A stretch of 64,000 nt of DNA, from the IMG/VR virus record IMGVR_UViG_3300045988_089740; one strand, written 5' to 3'. This document shows, piece after piece, positions 17,678 through 26,013 of this stretch; within the stretch, counting starts at the first letter, position 1, and the number at the start of each line of letters is the position of its first letter. The stretch comes from a virus. The position numbers and the translations under genes are program-made. Below the pieces are notes generated by a model. The model made no database searches, was not told the origin of the DNA, and saw nothing but the letters and a program-made list of their open reading frames with translations.

Positions 17678-18346
17678 ATGAATCATACCGCATATGACGT
17701 AATGAGAGAATATATGATCGAGGGAGCAGAGCTGGACGGACCATACCAGTTCCCCATGATGCCACGGTATACCGGCAGACCTGGAACAGATACTGTCGAC
17801 TTCAAAGACAGCTTTGACCGGCGGATAAAGAACTACAGGGACTTGACTGTCAATTTCTATATCCATGACAACGAATTTGAAAAAATCTGGAATTGTCCGG
17901 ATAAATATATCGAGCATCTAAAATGCTTTAACAGTGTGATCGCACCGGATTTCAGCATGGCAGTTGGAGAAGGTGGTATGCCATTTGCTATGAACATCTG
18001 GCAGAAGTACCGCAATCATGCGATAGCGCATTATCTGCATATGAACGGAATTCGTGTGATTCCAAACGTGAACATACCACCGGAATACTGCTATGATTGG
18101 ATTTTTGACGGAATACCAAAAAAAAGCACGGTTGCCTGCTGCACCAATGGGCGAGTGAAGTCGAAAGCATCACGACTGGAATTTTGCAAGGGATTTCAAG
18201 AGATGGTCCGTAGATTAGAACCACTGAGAGTTATCATCGTCGGACGGATGCCACAGGAACTGCAAACAGATATAGAAATTATCAACTTCAAAAGCAGAAA
18301 CCAGAAGATCAAGGATAGGGAGGGAAAATATGGGATTCTCAACTGA
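17678..18346 (+). CDS. DUF4417-like protein
   Basis: The FYIHDNEFEKIW...VIAPDFS...YRNHAIAHYL...GIRVIPNV pattern recalls DUF4417 (from memory). ATG lies 6 nt after the AAGGGGTGA SD. Confidence 0.45.
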   Translation: MNHTAYDVMREYMIEGAELDGPYQFPMMPRYTGRPGTDTVDFKDSFDRRIKNYRDLTVNFYIHDNEFEKIWNCPDKYIEHLKCFNSVIAPDFSMAVGEGGMPFAMNIWQKYRNHAIAHYLHMNGIRVIPNVNIPPEYCYDWIFDGIPKKSTVACCTNGRVKSKASRLEFCKGFQEMVRRLEPLRVIIVGRMPQELQTDIEIINFKSRNQKIKDREGKYGILN

Positions 18347-19220
18347 GCGATCAGCGCACAATAAAGTTCGTAGGAAGAAAGATAAAACGGAACAGAAGGT
18401 AAAAGTTCGGAAACAGCGGACCACATACAAAACGAAGAATACAGCAAGGAGAAAATCTGAGGGATTAAATAAATTAAATTGATTCGTGTTTTTTCATAGT
18501 CCCACGGAAGATGCTATGGATTAATATATGCAAGATAAACAAAATGGAAATCCGGAAAAGAAGTTATTTTTGAGCCGTTCCATTTTTGTGCCGGTTTTTC
18601 GGGACCTTTCTGAGTCTGAATATTGCGAATATTCAAGAGCCAGCAGAAATATTGTTCGTTTCACAACCAGTATGACCAATTCTGCAAAAGGCTGTGGATC
18701 ACCTGCGGACCGGTGCCGGGGATTTTCCAGACGTCAATAACTGACGCTCTAATTTCGCCCACAACGACCACAAAACAAATAAGGCTATAACTTCTTCAAC
18801 CGGAATCTAAACGTCCGTTTAAAAGCCAAATAGGACGGTTGTGCAGCACGCCCAAAACAGAACATATTTTCGTCACTGTTCGGACACTGCGTCCCAGATC
18901 GGCGCCAGCTGCACAGAAGCACGACAAAAAGAGCCGGAAACGGCTATATATAATCATAGTATCATCATGCTGGAATCCTGTCAACTGTGAGTGTTGATTG
19001 ATAGAAGCGCACAAAAACGGCTCAAAAATCCGGCAATGGTAAAAACATCAAGGAACGCCAAAAAGACGAAAAGCGACGAAAAAGCAAATCAACAACCGCA
19101 TTTCTGGGCAAGCAAAAGTTAAGTTATCAAGGTACACGGCTTGTAGATAGATTTCACAAGCCTGATTCGCTCCACAGGCCGTGAACCTGGCGCCGGACTG
19201 GATACCGGAAGAGCAGCAGA

Positions 19221-19245
19221 AAAAGAGCAGTGTTTTTACTGCTCT
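19221..19245 (-). terminator. hairpin terminator at the end of the minus-strand operon
   Basis: agagcagt/actgctct 8-bp stem flanked by A and T runs; overlaps the stop of 19236..19628. Confidence 0.5.
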
Positions 19246-19628
19246 AAAAAATTAACATTAACTGACCGGGGCAAGTCCCGGAAAAACTCCGAAAAACCGC
19301 CGTCAGTGGTGTTGTACTGCCTGTCGGAAGTCGGGATGATCTGCCCGGCCTTCAGCTCCATGCAAGACAGCTGTAAAAAACCGGCTTGTTTCGTTGACCG
19401 GTGCAGGGTGTACCGCATGACGGACACCGCCCCAGACTGACACCGCACCGGCGGAAGGTCGTACCAGATCAACGGCACAGAACCGGAAGCGACCGCATGA
19501 AAAACTTTCGCCGCTTCCTGGCGTGCTGCATTCTCTATCTTTTTGACTTCCGAAAAATCGCCGCTTTTTATAGCGGCGACGGTTTGTTTTTGCGTGGGTT
19601 TTCTAATTTCGATTATTTTTTCACTCAT
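19236..19628 (-). CDS. hypothetical protein
   Basis: 130-aa ORF, translationally coupled to the upstream minus-strand gene. Confidence 0.55.
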   Translation of the reverse strand: MSEKIIEIRKPTQKQTVAAIKSGDFSEVKKIENAARQEAAKVFHAVASGSVPLIWYDLPPVRCQSGAVSVMRYTLHRSTKQAGFLQLSCMELKAGQIIPTSDRQYNTTDGGFSEFFRDLPRSVNVNFLEQ

Positions 19629-19858
19629 CAGCAGAACACCTCCCCGAACATATAAGAGCCATTATTTTTGAAACATTCGTTCCAGGCTGTAACAACTTCT
19701 TCAGCTTCTTTCCTGGATCCGCAAAGGTTAGCCGCTGCGATGCCTTTGATCGCCAATTTCGAAAGCAAGTTATCACTTTCAGAAACCTTGACGACATAAG
19801 CATAGTTTTTTTTGTTCTCTGTCACCTGTACGGCGATATAACTAATTTTCTTCTTCAT
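19628..19858 (-). CDS. hypothetical protein
   Basis: 76-aa ORF with SD AGGGAAGAAAG upstream on the minus strand. Confidence 0.55.
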   Translation of the reverse strand: MKKKISYIAVQVTENKKNYAYVVKVSESDNLLSKLAIKGIAAANLCGSRKEAEEVVTAWNECFKNNGSYMFGEVFC

Positions 19859-19921
19859 ATTTTTTCTTTCTTCCCTGTACCCATGGGAGCGGGTATTTTT
19901 TTGCTAAATACAAAAAAAGTA

Positions 19922-20028
19922 TTGACTATCTAAGGGGAAAATGCTATATTGTAATAGCTGGATGCTATTCGATTTTCGAATGCATTTTCTGGAGCGGTCT
20001 AACGTGCGTTGTTAGATCGCTTTTTTTT
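19922..20028 (+). ncRNA. candidate small RNA unit (promoter to terminator) between minus-strand genes
   Basis: TTGACT (19922) -17 nt- TGcTATATT (19945); internal hairpin attcga/tcgaat; terminator gcggtctaac/gttagatcgc (19994-20020) followed by T8. Confidence 0.35.
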
Positions 20029-20232
20029 ATCGGTCCGTTAATTTAACTTGACTTTTCCAGCTGCATGATGTATTATAGTTGTATCAGCTAGCAACAGTTG
20101 CTGGTCCTTAACGTACCATGATTTCGTTGAGGGTCGTCTTGGTCTACGGCAAGGCGTTGAGTTGAAAAATATTATTATATATTTGCTAAAATGCAAAAAG
20201 CGGGAAGGCGTGACAGATGTCACGCCTTTTCA

Positions 20233-20589
20233 CTATTCTGAAAACCGCGGAACAAGAACCCCGTCTTTTGTTTTTCGGCTTCTGGTTACCTTATACCCGT
20301 TTTCTGATACAGTTTCGCGAATATATTCTGCTCCTTCTTCGTTCCACTCAATAACTTTATTCAATTTTTCAATATAGACTGCGTTGTTGTCTACCATTTC
20401 CGCACCGGTAGAAGCTTTTCCTTTCTGATATGCGGTGCTGATTGCCTGCATAACAAGTGCAAGCTGCGCGCCGGTTAATTCGTTAACCAGTTTTTCGGGA
20501 AGCTGGTTTTCTACTTCGGAATATGTGCCTGCTCCCTTGAAACCTGTGTAAAGCTCCATTGCTCTGTTTAATTTTATACTGTGCTTCAT
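20233..20589 (-). CDS. hypothetical protein
   Basis: The ORF opens at 20604. ATG 20589 has GGAGGAAAAG upstream. A terminator hairpin ggcgtgac/gtcacgcc lies just downstream, around 20205-20228. Confidence 0.55.
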   Translation of the reverse strand: MKHSIKLNRAMELYTGFKGAGTYSEVENQLPEKLVNELTGAQLALVMQAISTAYQKGKASTGAEMVDNNAVYIEKLNKVIEWNEEGAEYIRETVSENGYKVTRSRKTKDGVLVPRFSE

Positions 20590-20641
20590 TTTCTTTTCCT
20601 CCATTTTCTATTATTATACCAGTTTCCCACCGGTATTTAAA

Positions 20642-20666
20642 GGGCGCTGCCGGGAATCGAACCCGG
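20642..20666 (-). other. orphan tRNA 3' fragment (T-arm plus 3' acceptor strand)
   Basis: Minus strand reads ccggg-TTCGATT-cccgg-cagcgcc-c. No matching 5' acceptor strand (ggcgctg) is present nearby. Confidence 0.6.
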
Positions 20667-20675
20667 CCGGAACCA

Positions 20676-20885
20676 TTACGCCTGATTCAAACAATCATTG
20701 ATTTTCTTTTTCAGATGTGGAAATGCTTCACAAATTTCCTGCACGCTGTCGGCGTAATAATCGCCCACTATTTTTCCAAAAATTGTAATATTTCCAGAAT
20801 AAAAACAGCCAAGATTATTAAACCAGATGTCAAGTCCTGTTGCCTGTTCCTTTTTGTCACCATACCACATGTCAATTTTAATCAT
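20676..20885 (-). CDS. hypothetical protein
   Basis: MIKIDMWYGDKKEQ...; ATG 20885 is preceded by CAGGAGGAAAA. The ORF opens at 20972. Confidence 0.55.
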   Translation of the reverse strand: MIKIDMWYGDKKEQATGLDIWFNNLGCFYSGNITIFGKIVGDYYADSVQEICEAFPHLKKKINDCLNQA

Positions 20886-20952
20886 TTTATTTTCCTCCTG
20901 ATTTTGTTTTTTAAAGGCCGCCGGGGAAATGCTCCCCGGTACGCTTGCCGGC

Positions 20953-21909
20953 CTAATTGCATTTAACTTCAAGCGGCTTTATAATTCCGTTTCTCAATTC
21001 TTCCAGCGCGATTTTATTAACTTCATTTGTAAAATAATCCACCTCGTAAGAATCAATAATTTTGTTTTGAATGTTCATTCTTGCATAAAATTCTTGTGTA
21101 TTATCTTCCCAGTACCACACAAAATAAGTATGCAAGATGTAATTCTTATCATCATAGACACGTTTACAACGTCTTTTACTGCCGTTCATCAAGAAAATAT
21201 CTTCTTGCGCGTTTAATGCGTCAAATTCTATATTAGAAAGATGATGTTCTATTTCTTTGTATGTCCAGATAACAGCACCGCCCCATGTATTTTTTTCGGT
21301 CGCAACTGCTCTTTTAGTTCTCAACCATGCTTGCATATCTTCCTCAGTTCTCCATGCATAGCTACTCATTCCAGCTTTAGAAGCAAAATATTGATAATCT
21401 CCGTTGTTTTCTGCTTTTCTATATGACAAATAATATTTATCATGTGTTTTTGTGGAAAACATTTCTTTATTATCGTTACACTCCCACAAATTAACTGTTG
21501 CAGTAAAATAAATTCCACCATTTGCGCGAGCCCCAGCACTTCCCCAAGTCCAAAAAGTCTTGCTTGACATGCCTTTATATGCAAATTCGTTTTCTTTGTG
21601 ATGGCTGAATGCACCGCCTGAAGCGCTACCGCATAACTTACTATCGCAAATACTCAAATGCACTCCGGCGTTTTCACAAAGTTCTATATTTTCCCCGCTC
21701 TTCATTGTCGCGGTTGCTTTTGGAAAATATTCCCCGTATTCGTTTGTGTACTCTACTACATCATATTGTTGAATAACGTTTACAGAGCGTGATCTTTCAA
21801 TCATTTCGATAATGCGGTTAACTTTTTCTACATCTGATTCATCAATCACGTAATAGATGTCGAAAAGCTCGTTTTCTTTCTTTAATGTTTCAAGTGTATA
21901 CTTTTTCAT
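20953..21909 (-). CDS. hypothetical protein (318 aa)
   Basis: Long clean ORF with an SD on the minus strand. I do not recognise the family. Confidence 0.65.
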   Translation of the reverse strand: MKKYTLETLKKENELFDIYYVIDESDVEKVNRIIEMIERSRSVNVIQQYDVVEYTNEYGEYFPKATATMKSGENIELCENAGVHLSICDSKLCGSASGGAFSHHKENEFAYKGMSSKTFWTWGSAGARANGGIYFTATVNLWECNDNKEMFSTKTHDKYYLSYRKAENNGDYQYFASKAGMSSYAWRTEEDMQAWLRTKRAVATEKNTWGGAVIWTYKEIEHHLSNIEFDALNAQEDIFLMNGSKRRCKRVYDDKNYILHTYFVWYWEDNTQEFYARMNIQNKIIDSYEVDYFTNEVNKIALEELRNGIIKPLEVKCN

Positions 21910-21997
21910 AGTTCATTTACCTCTCTTTTTATTTTTTTAAAGTCCGGCGGTTGCGTTGGGGCTACGGCTTGACCGCCGCCGGAAAGGTTAGAACTTT

Positions 21998-22309
21998 TTA
22001 GCAAGTTCTAATGAATCCGAAAGATACAGTATCTTCAAATCCAAAAGGCTGTTCTGCCTTATATGTTGTTTTACGAGTTAATATAATGTCGTAAAACAGT
22101 TCGTGTTCTTTGATTGCTTCCGGCGTTTCTCGGTATAATTTCAGCGGCTGGATGGTACAAAATTCGTTTTCAACAGTTCCGCCGCTTAAAATGTCGATGC
22201 TTTCAACGTGCTGTGCTGAAAAATAATATCTTGCTATTTCTTCAAGATCGGCATTGATTTTTGTATAGAAATAATCGCCGTTAATTTCGTTTACTTTTAT
22301 TTCAAACAT
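21998..22309 (-). CDS. hypothetical protein
   Basis: 103-aa ORF, first gene of the minus-strand block. Confidence 0.55.
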   Translation of the reverse strand: MFEIKVNEINGDYFYTKINADLEEIARYYFSAQHVESIDILSGGTVENEFCTIQPLKLYRETPEAIKEHELFYDIILTRKTTYKAEQPFGFEDTVSFGFIRTC

Positions 22310-22378
22310 ATTCCCTCTCTTTCTCCCGGATCAGCGTCCGGGGTGAATGTTTTTTGTTTTCCTTTGATGGTTATATAA

Positions 22379-22492
22379 TACACTAAAATTTAATGTATGT
22401 CTATTGACATTATACACTAAATTATGAAGTATATAAAAACAGTGCTTTGTGCATATTGTACATTGCGTTTTAGTGTATAAAAATGATATAAT
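22379..22492. promoter_or_regulatory. divergent control region with three copies of a 9-mer operator and an extended -10 promoter
   Basis: TACACTAAA at 22379-22387 and 22413-22421; inverted copy TTTAGTGTA at 22469-22477; TTGACA at 22404; TGaTATAAT at 22484-22492 upstream of the HTH gene. Confidence 0.55.
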
Positions 22493-22518
22493 AATCCATA
22501 TAATAAGGAGGTAAGAAC

Positions 22519-22770
22519 ATGATTAAATATAAACGAAATATAATTGATATGATGACAAAAAAAGGGGTTACTACTTATATAATAAGGAAAAACAAGATAT
22601 TTACGGAAAGCCAGTTGCAGCAACTCCGCAATGATCGCCTTGTGACACAGGAAACACTTGATAAATTATGTACTATATTAGAATGTCAGCCGGGTTATTT
22701 GCTGGAGTATTTGCCCGATGAAAATACAAAAGATTTTGAAGAAAAGGTATTGACATACATTAAAAATTGA
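22519..22770 (+). CDS. XRE/Cro-like helix-turn-helix regulator
   Basis: 83 aa. The TQETLDKLCTILECQPGYLLEY segment is a typical HTH_XRE C-terminal half. SD AAGGAGG. Confidence 0.6.
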   Translation: MIKYKRNIIDMMTKKGVTTYIIRKNKIFTESQLQQLRNDRLVTQETLDKLCTILECQPGYLLEYLPDENTKDFEEKVLTYIKN

Positions 22771-22838
22771 TGTATACTAAAGATAGTTAAAGAAGAACAG
22801 CACATAGCCCCCAGGACGGGGCGGATCAGGAGGAAAAA

Positions 22839-23084
22839 ATGATTAGAGTAAACGGATGGACCAATCACATGGAGAAAATCGGAAACAAGGAATACCATGT
22901 TTCTGTAGACAGCTATAAAAACTATCTTGTTAAGATTTACAACGGGGCGGAAATATTTCCATCCCAGACGGTTACCTTTGGGGATCTCGGCAAAGTAGAA
23001 AGCTTCCTGAATGAGGAAGCGAGAAAAAGCGGAAATGAAAGACGTTTCCGTGGTACATATGAATGGGGAGGAAGTAAGAAATGA
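22839..23084 (+). CDS. hypothetical protein
   Basis: 81-aa ORF with SD AGGAGGA. Confidence 0.5.
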   Translation: MIRVNGWTNHMEKIGNKEYHVSVDSYKNYLVKIYNGAEIFPSQTVTFGDLGKVESFLNEEARKSGNERRFRGTYEWGGSKK

Positions 23085-23110
23085 AGAGAAGCTAAGAAAT
23101 CAGAATCCTG

Positions 23111-23341
23111 ATGCAGGACTACTGCACCAGGGAAGAAGCAAAAAAGCACCTCGACAACGGCTCTATTGTGATTTCAAAAAGAGCCTTTAAAAAAGATTTC
23201 GAAAGCTATATGTCCGAATGGGACTATAGTGACGAGGAAGTTGAGGAAATCCGGGAAATGATCCGGACAGAAAAGCCGCTTCCGGACTGGGGAGTAGTTA
23301 AATATAACGGCAGTACTTACTTTATCGCTTACGTTTTGTAG
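23111..23341 (+). CDS. hypothetical protein
   Basis: 76-aa ORF. Confidence 0.45.
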   Translation: MQDYCTREEAKKHLDNGSIVISKRAFKKDFESYMSEWDYSDEEVEEIREMIRTEKPLPDWGVVKYNGSTYFIAYVL

Positions 23342-23421
23342 GTAACTGTTCACATGTGCATATTGAACTCCTTGAGGTTTGCGGCTAAAATAGTTGTATA
23401 AACTTCAAGGAGGAAAAACAC

Positions 23422-23673
23422 ATGAAAAACATTGACAAGATGAAGAACAGCATAATTGAGCAGATCAAAGGAATGGATCTGGAAGAATTTAAGGATTTCA
23501 ATTATGCGATGCTTGGCGGCGAGGCAGTCCCGGACGGCTTGATAGATACATCAGAGCTTTTTGACTGCGAGCTTTGCCGCAAACACTTTAATTGCACCGG
23601 CACCGGCAACGGTGACTTTGACGAATGCAGTCGAAATTATGAAAAATACGCACTGTCAGAAACAGAAAGTTAA
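23422..23673 (+). CDS. hypothetical protein
   Basis: 83-aa ORF with SD AAGGAGGA. Confidence 0.55.
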   Translation: MKNIDKMKNSIIEQIKGMDLEEFKDFNYAMLGGEAVPDGLIDTSELFDCELCRKHFNCTGTGNGDFDECSRNYEKYALSETES

Positions 23674-23838
23674 TAGTCCCATTGTGGAAAAGAAAAACCC
23701 CTGGAGATTATCCAAGGGCTTAAAATCTTTTTTTATGGCGGCTAACGAGGGGAGAACAGACCCGCCGCCGAAGTCTGTTAAATTATTCATAGCACACAAA
23801 CGTTTGCTTTGTCAAGAAAAATATTTTTTGCTTTTGGC

Positions 23839-23966
23839 TTGACAGGTTTTTATAAAATGTGCTATCGTGTCACTAACGAGGAACTCAGGAGGGGCGAGCC
23901 AATCGGAAATTAATAAAGATCATTCAGCCAGGTAACCGGATCAGACGCCGGAAACCTGGCTTTTTC
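23839..23966 (+). ncRNA. candidate small RNA or leader (promoter to terminator) upstream of the AT-rich region and TerS
   Basis: TTGACA (23839) -18 nt- TATCGT; no ATG in the ~90-nt transcript; terminator agccaggt/acctggct (23926-23961) with an inner ccgg/ccgg hairpin, then TTTTT. Confidence 0.4.
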
Positions 23967-24416
23967 TGTGTCAGAACACCCCTGTAATTATATTATATAT
24001 AATCCCCTATTAATTAATTCTATACAGTATCGTATAATAACATCTTTTAAGCCCCTCCTAGATTCTGAGTTTATTAATATATACTTAGATACACTATATT
24101 ATAATATATATAGCTCTATAACACTGTATATTGAACTATAACGGATTATTTTATCAATAGGTCTTTTATTATACCTTGAGTAATAAAAATAAATTTATGC
24201 TTGCATTAACAGTTTATATGTGCTATTGTAAATGGCAGATAAGCAAATACATTTACGATTTTTAAACAAAGGACGATATAAAAACTGAAAAGCATTTACG
24301 GAACTTCCGGCACTGATCGCAGCTGCTGGGTGTGTTCTTCGATTGCTGACCGGTTTATTATCGTCCTTTTTATTTCACTAAATTAATAGATTAACGTTGT
24401 AAAGTGAGGCGATACA

Positions 24417-25010
24417 GTGAAAGATAATACTATCAAAACGGAAAAGGAAACAGAAGTATATTTGAGCAATATTAATATATATGCTGATGAATATATTAAC
24501 ACAGTGTTATGTGTATCACCTGATAGTGAGAATTACAGAAAAGAAGTAGCTGATAGTTTTGTCGATATGATATTTTATATTGCTGATCACATACAGAAAC
24601 CTAGCAACGATGATATAGAATTATTAGATCATATGTTTAGCGTGTTTGTAAGGTTGTGCAGCAAGTATCATGTTTTACCGACTCTGGAAGTATTTAGCTT
24701 TCTGGTAGGGATTAACCGCTCAACGTTTAGCGATTGGATGCGCGGGGACTATAGAACCGCCACAGCACATAGCAACACGGTGAAAAAATGGTTCGATATT
24801 TGCAAAAACTGTACGCTTAATAGATTGCATAACCAGCCCGGAACAAACGCAAACCTGATCTTCGTTGCGAAGGCTGCATACGGCATGGCAGAGACAGCAC
24901 CAGTCCAGGCGGATCATGTGCAAGGCATCCCGCAACAGTCAGCGCAGCAGATCGCGGACAAGTACAAGGACGCGCTGGAACTACCGGAGATGGAACGACC
25001 GAAACTGTGA
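24417..25010 (+). CDS. Terminase small subunit (putative)
   Basis: LPTLEVFSFLVGINRSTFSDWMRG (HTH) and GTNANLIFVAKAAYGMAE resemble TerS families. GTG start; preceded by a 400-bp AT-rich region. Confidence 0.5.
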   Translation: MKDNTIKTEKETEVYLSNINIYADEYINTVLCVSPDSENYRKEVADSFVDMIFYIADHIQKPSNDDIELLDHMFSVFVRLCSKYHVLPTLEVFSFLVGINRSTFSDWMRGDYRTATAHSNTVKKWFDICKNCTLNRLHNQPGTNANLIFVAKAAYGMAETAPVQADHVQGIPQQSAQQIADKYKDALELPEMERPKL

Positions 25011-25169
25011 ACTACCTCCCGGAAACGTCCACGAGGTGCGGACAAAAGGCGGTAGTTAGCACGAAAACAGCGATATTTATACAATGTGTATAGTTACAAC
25101 ACCAGTATTTGTGCATGTTGTATAGCGATCTATAAAGAAAACGAGAGTTTGTCGTATAGATGAAATGAT

Positions 25170-25345
25170 GAGACTATCACAGTGTCCTCTGACTACTGCC
25201 GAAGGCCGAACAACGACAGCGTGATCCGGTGCAGCGGGTCCCATGGGGCGGCGGGCTGACCGGATAGCGTACGGGGGAGACGGGGACCCCCTTGGAGGGA
25301 AAGCCACCAGGAGCCGGGTGAGCCCCCAAAGCAAATGAAATAACA
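25170..25345. ncRNA. GC-rich, highly self-complementary non-coding segment (structured RNA candidate, identity unknown)
   Basis: ccggtgcagc (25226-25235) pairs with gctgaccgg (25255-25263); ggggg (25273-25277) with ccccc (25287-25291); cacc/ggtg around 25305-25320. GC content is far above the flanks and there is no credible ORF. Confidence 0.4.
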
Positions 25346-25362
25346 AAAAGGCCCTTTTCACA

Positions 25363-25418
25363 TGGCAGAGATAGTGATTCGAACACGACAAGCCGTAAGC
25401 CTTAACGGTTTCTCTGCC
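25363..25418 (-). other. tRNA-like minihelix (acceptor stem, one hairpin, T-arm; no D-arm)
   Basis: Minus strand: GGCAGAGA-aa-CCGT-taaggctt-ACGG-cttgtc-GTG-TTCGAAT-CAC-ta-TCTCTGCC-a. 56 nt, which is too short for a tRNA. Confidence 0.35.
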
Positions 25419-25459
25419 AACACAAAATAAGGCAATACCAAGAAAGGCAGGTATATGAA

Positions 25460-25864
25460 ATGAAAATTGGATATATAAGAAAAGTAAGATTTGGAATTGA
25501 CATTGATATTAAACGTGAACTTTTGTTTTGCAAAGGGATATCTGAAATTTACACAGATTCCGAAAACAGTAGAGATGAATACCGCAAAATGATGTCAATT
25601 CTGTCTGATTCCGATGAGTTATATATTTGGTCTATTGAAGAGCTTGGAGATGAGCAGGAATAAATTCTTGAACAATGGAGATCTATAACAAGCGGCATTG
25701 GAACAAATGTTACAGTTATCAGTTGCCCTGCTATAAAAAGCAAAAGAGATGTGACATTAGAAGAGAAAATGGTGAGCGATATGGCGTTAAAGATTCTCTC
25801 GTATAACGCTGAAACGTCAATTAAAGAGTTGAAAAAATTGGAGATATTTTATGACGAAGAATAG
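25460..25864 (+). pseudogene. degenerate small serine recombinase (resolvase-like) with an in-frame TAA
   Basis: MKIGYIRKVRFG replaces the canonical MKIGYARVST, so the catalytic Ser context is lost. TAA at 25661-25663 is followed in the same frame by ILEQWRSITSGIGTNVTVIS... Confidence 0.5.
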
Positions 25865-26003
25865 AGGTTGTCAAGGTGAATCCATCCGCATCCGGTTACC
25901 GTACCAATTGGAGCAAAGACTTATAGCCGAAAAGAACCGAACCGGTAAAAGCGTGTCACAGATCACCCGTGAAGCCTTGACACAGTATTTTCGGAAAAGG
26001 TAG
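25851..26003 (+). CDS. ribbon-helix-helix (CopG/Arc-like) protein
   Basis: 50 aa: ESIRIRLPYQLEQRLIAEKNRTGKSVSQITREALTQYF matches the RHH pattern. Confidence 0.5.
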   Translation: MTKNRGCQGESIRIRLPYQLEQRLIAEKNRTGKSVSQITREALTQYFRKR

Positions 26004-26013
26004 GTAAAAGACG

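Noticed and set aside
18528-18740. 70-aa + strand ORF, and the 72-aa minus-strand ORF 18796..19014, in the 880-bp gap
   Set aside because: There is no SD, the composition is odd (Arg/Ser/Cys-rich), and both ORFs are isolated. The evidence is not enough to call them genes.
25077-25391. 104-aa minus-strand ORF, and the nested 25177..25386 ORF, over the GC-rich segment
   Set aside because: The frame stays open only because of GC richness (Pro/Arg/Gly/Ala-rich). There is no SD, and the region is better explained by RNA-like self-complementarity.
25170-25418. tmRNA, RNase P RNA, SRP RNA, and cobalamin or c-di-GMP riboswitch identities for the GC-rich segment
   Set aside because: The signature motifs I can recall are absent. 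These include the tmRNA 5' GGGG / 3' CCACCA tRNA-like ends split around a tag ORF, GAGGAAAGUCC of RNase P, the SRP GGAA/AGCA loop, and the B12 box. The identity is left open.
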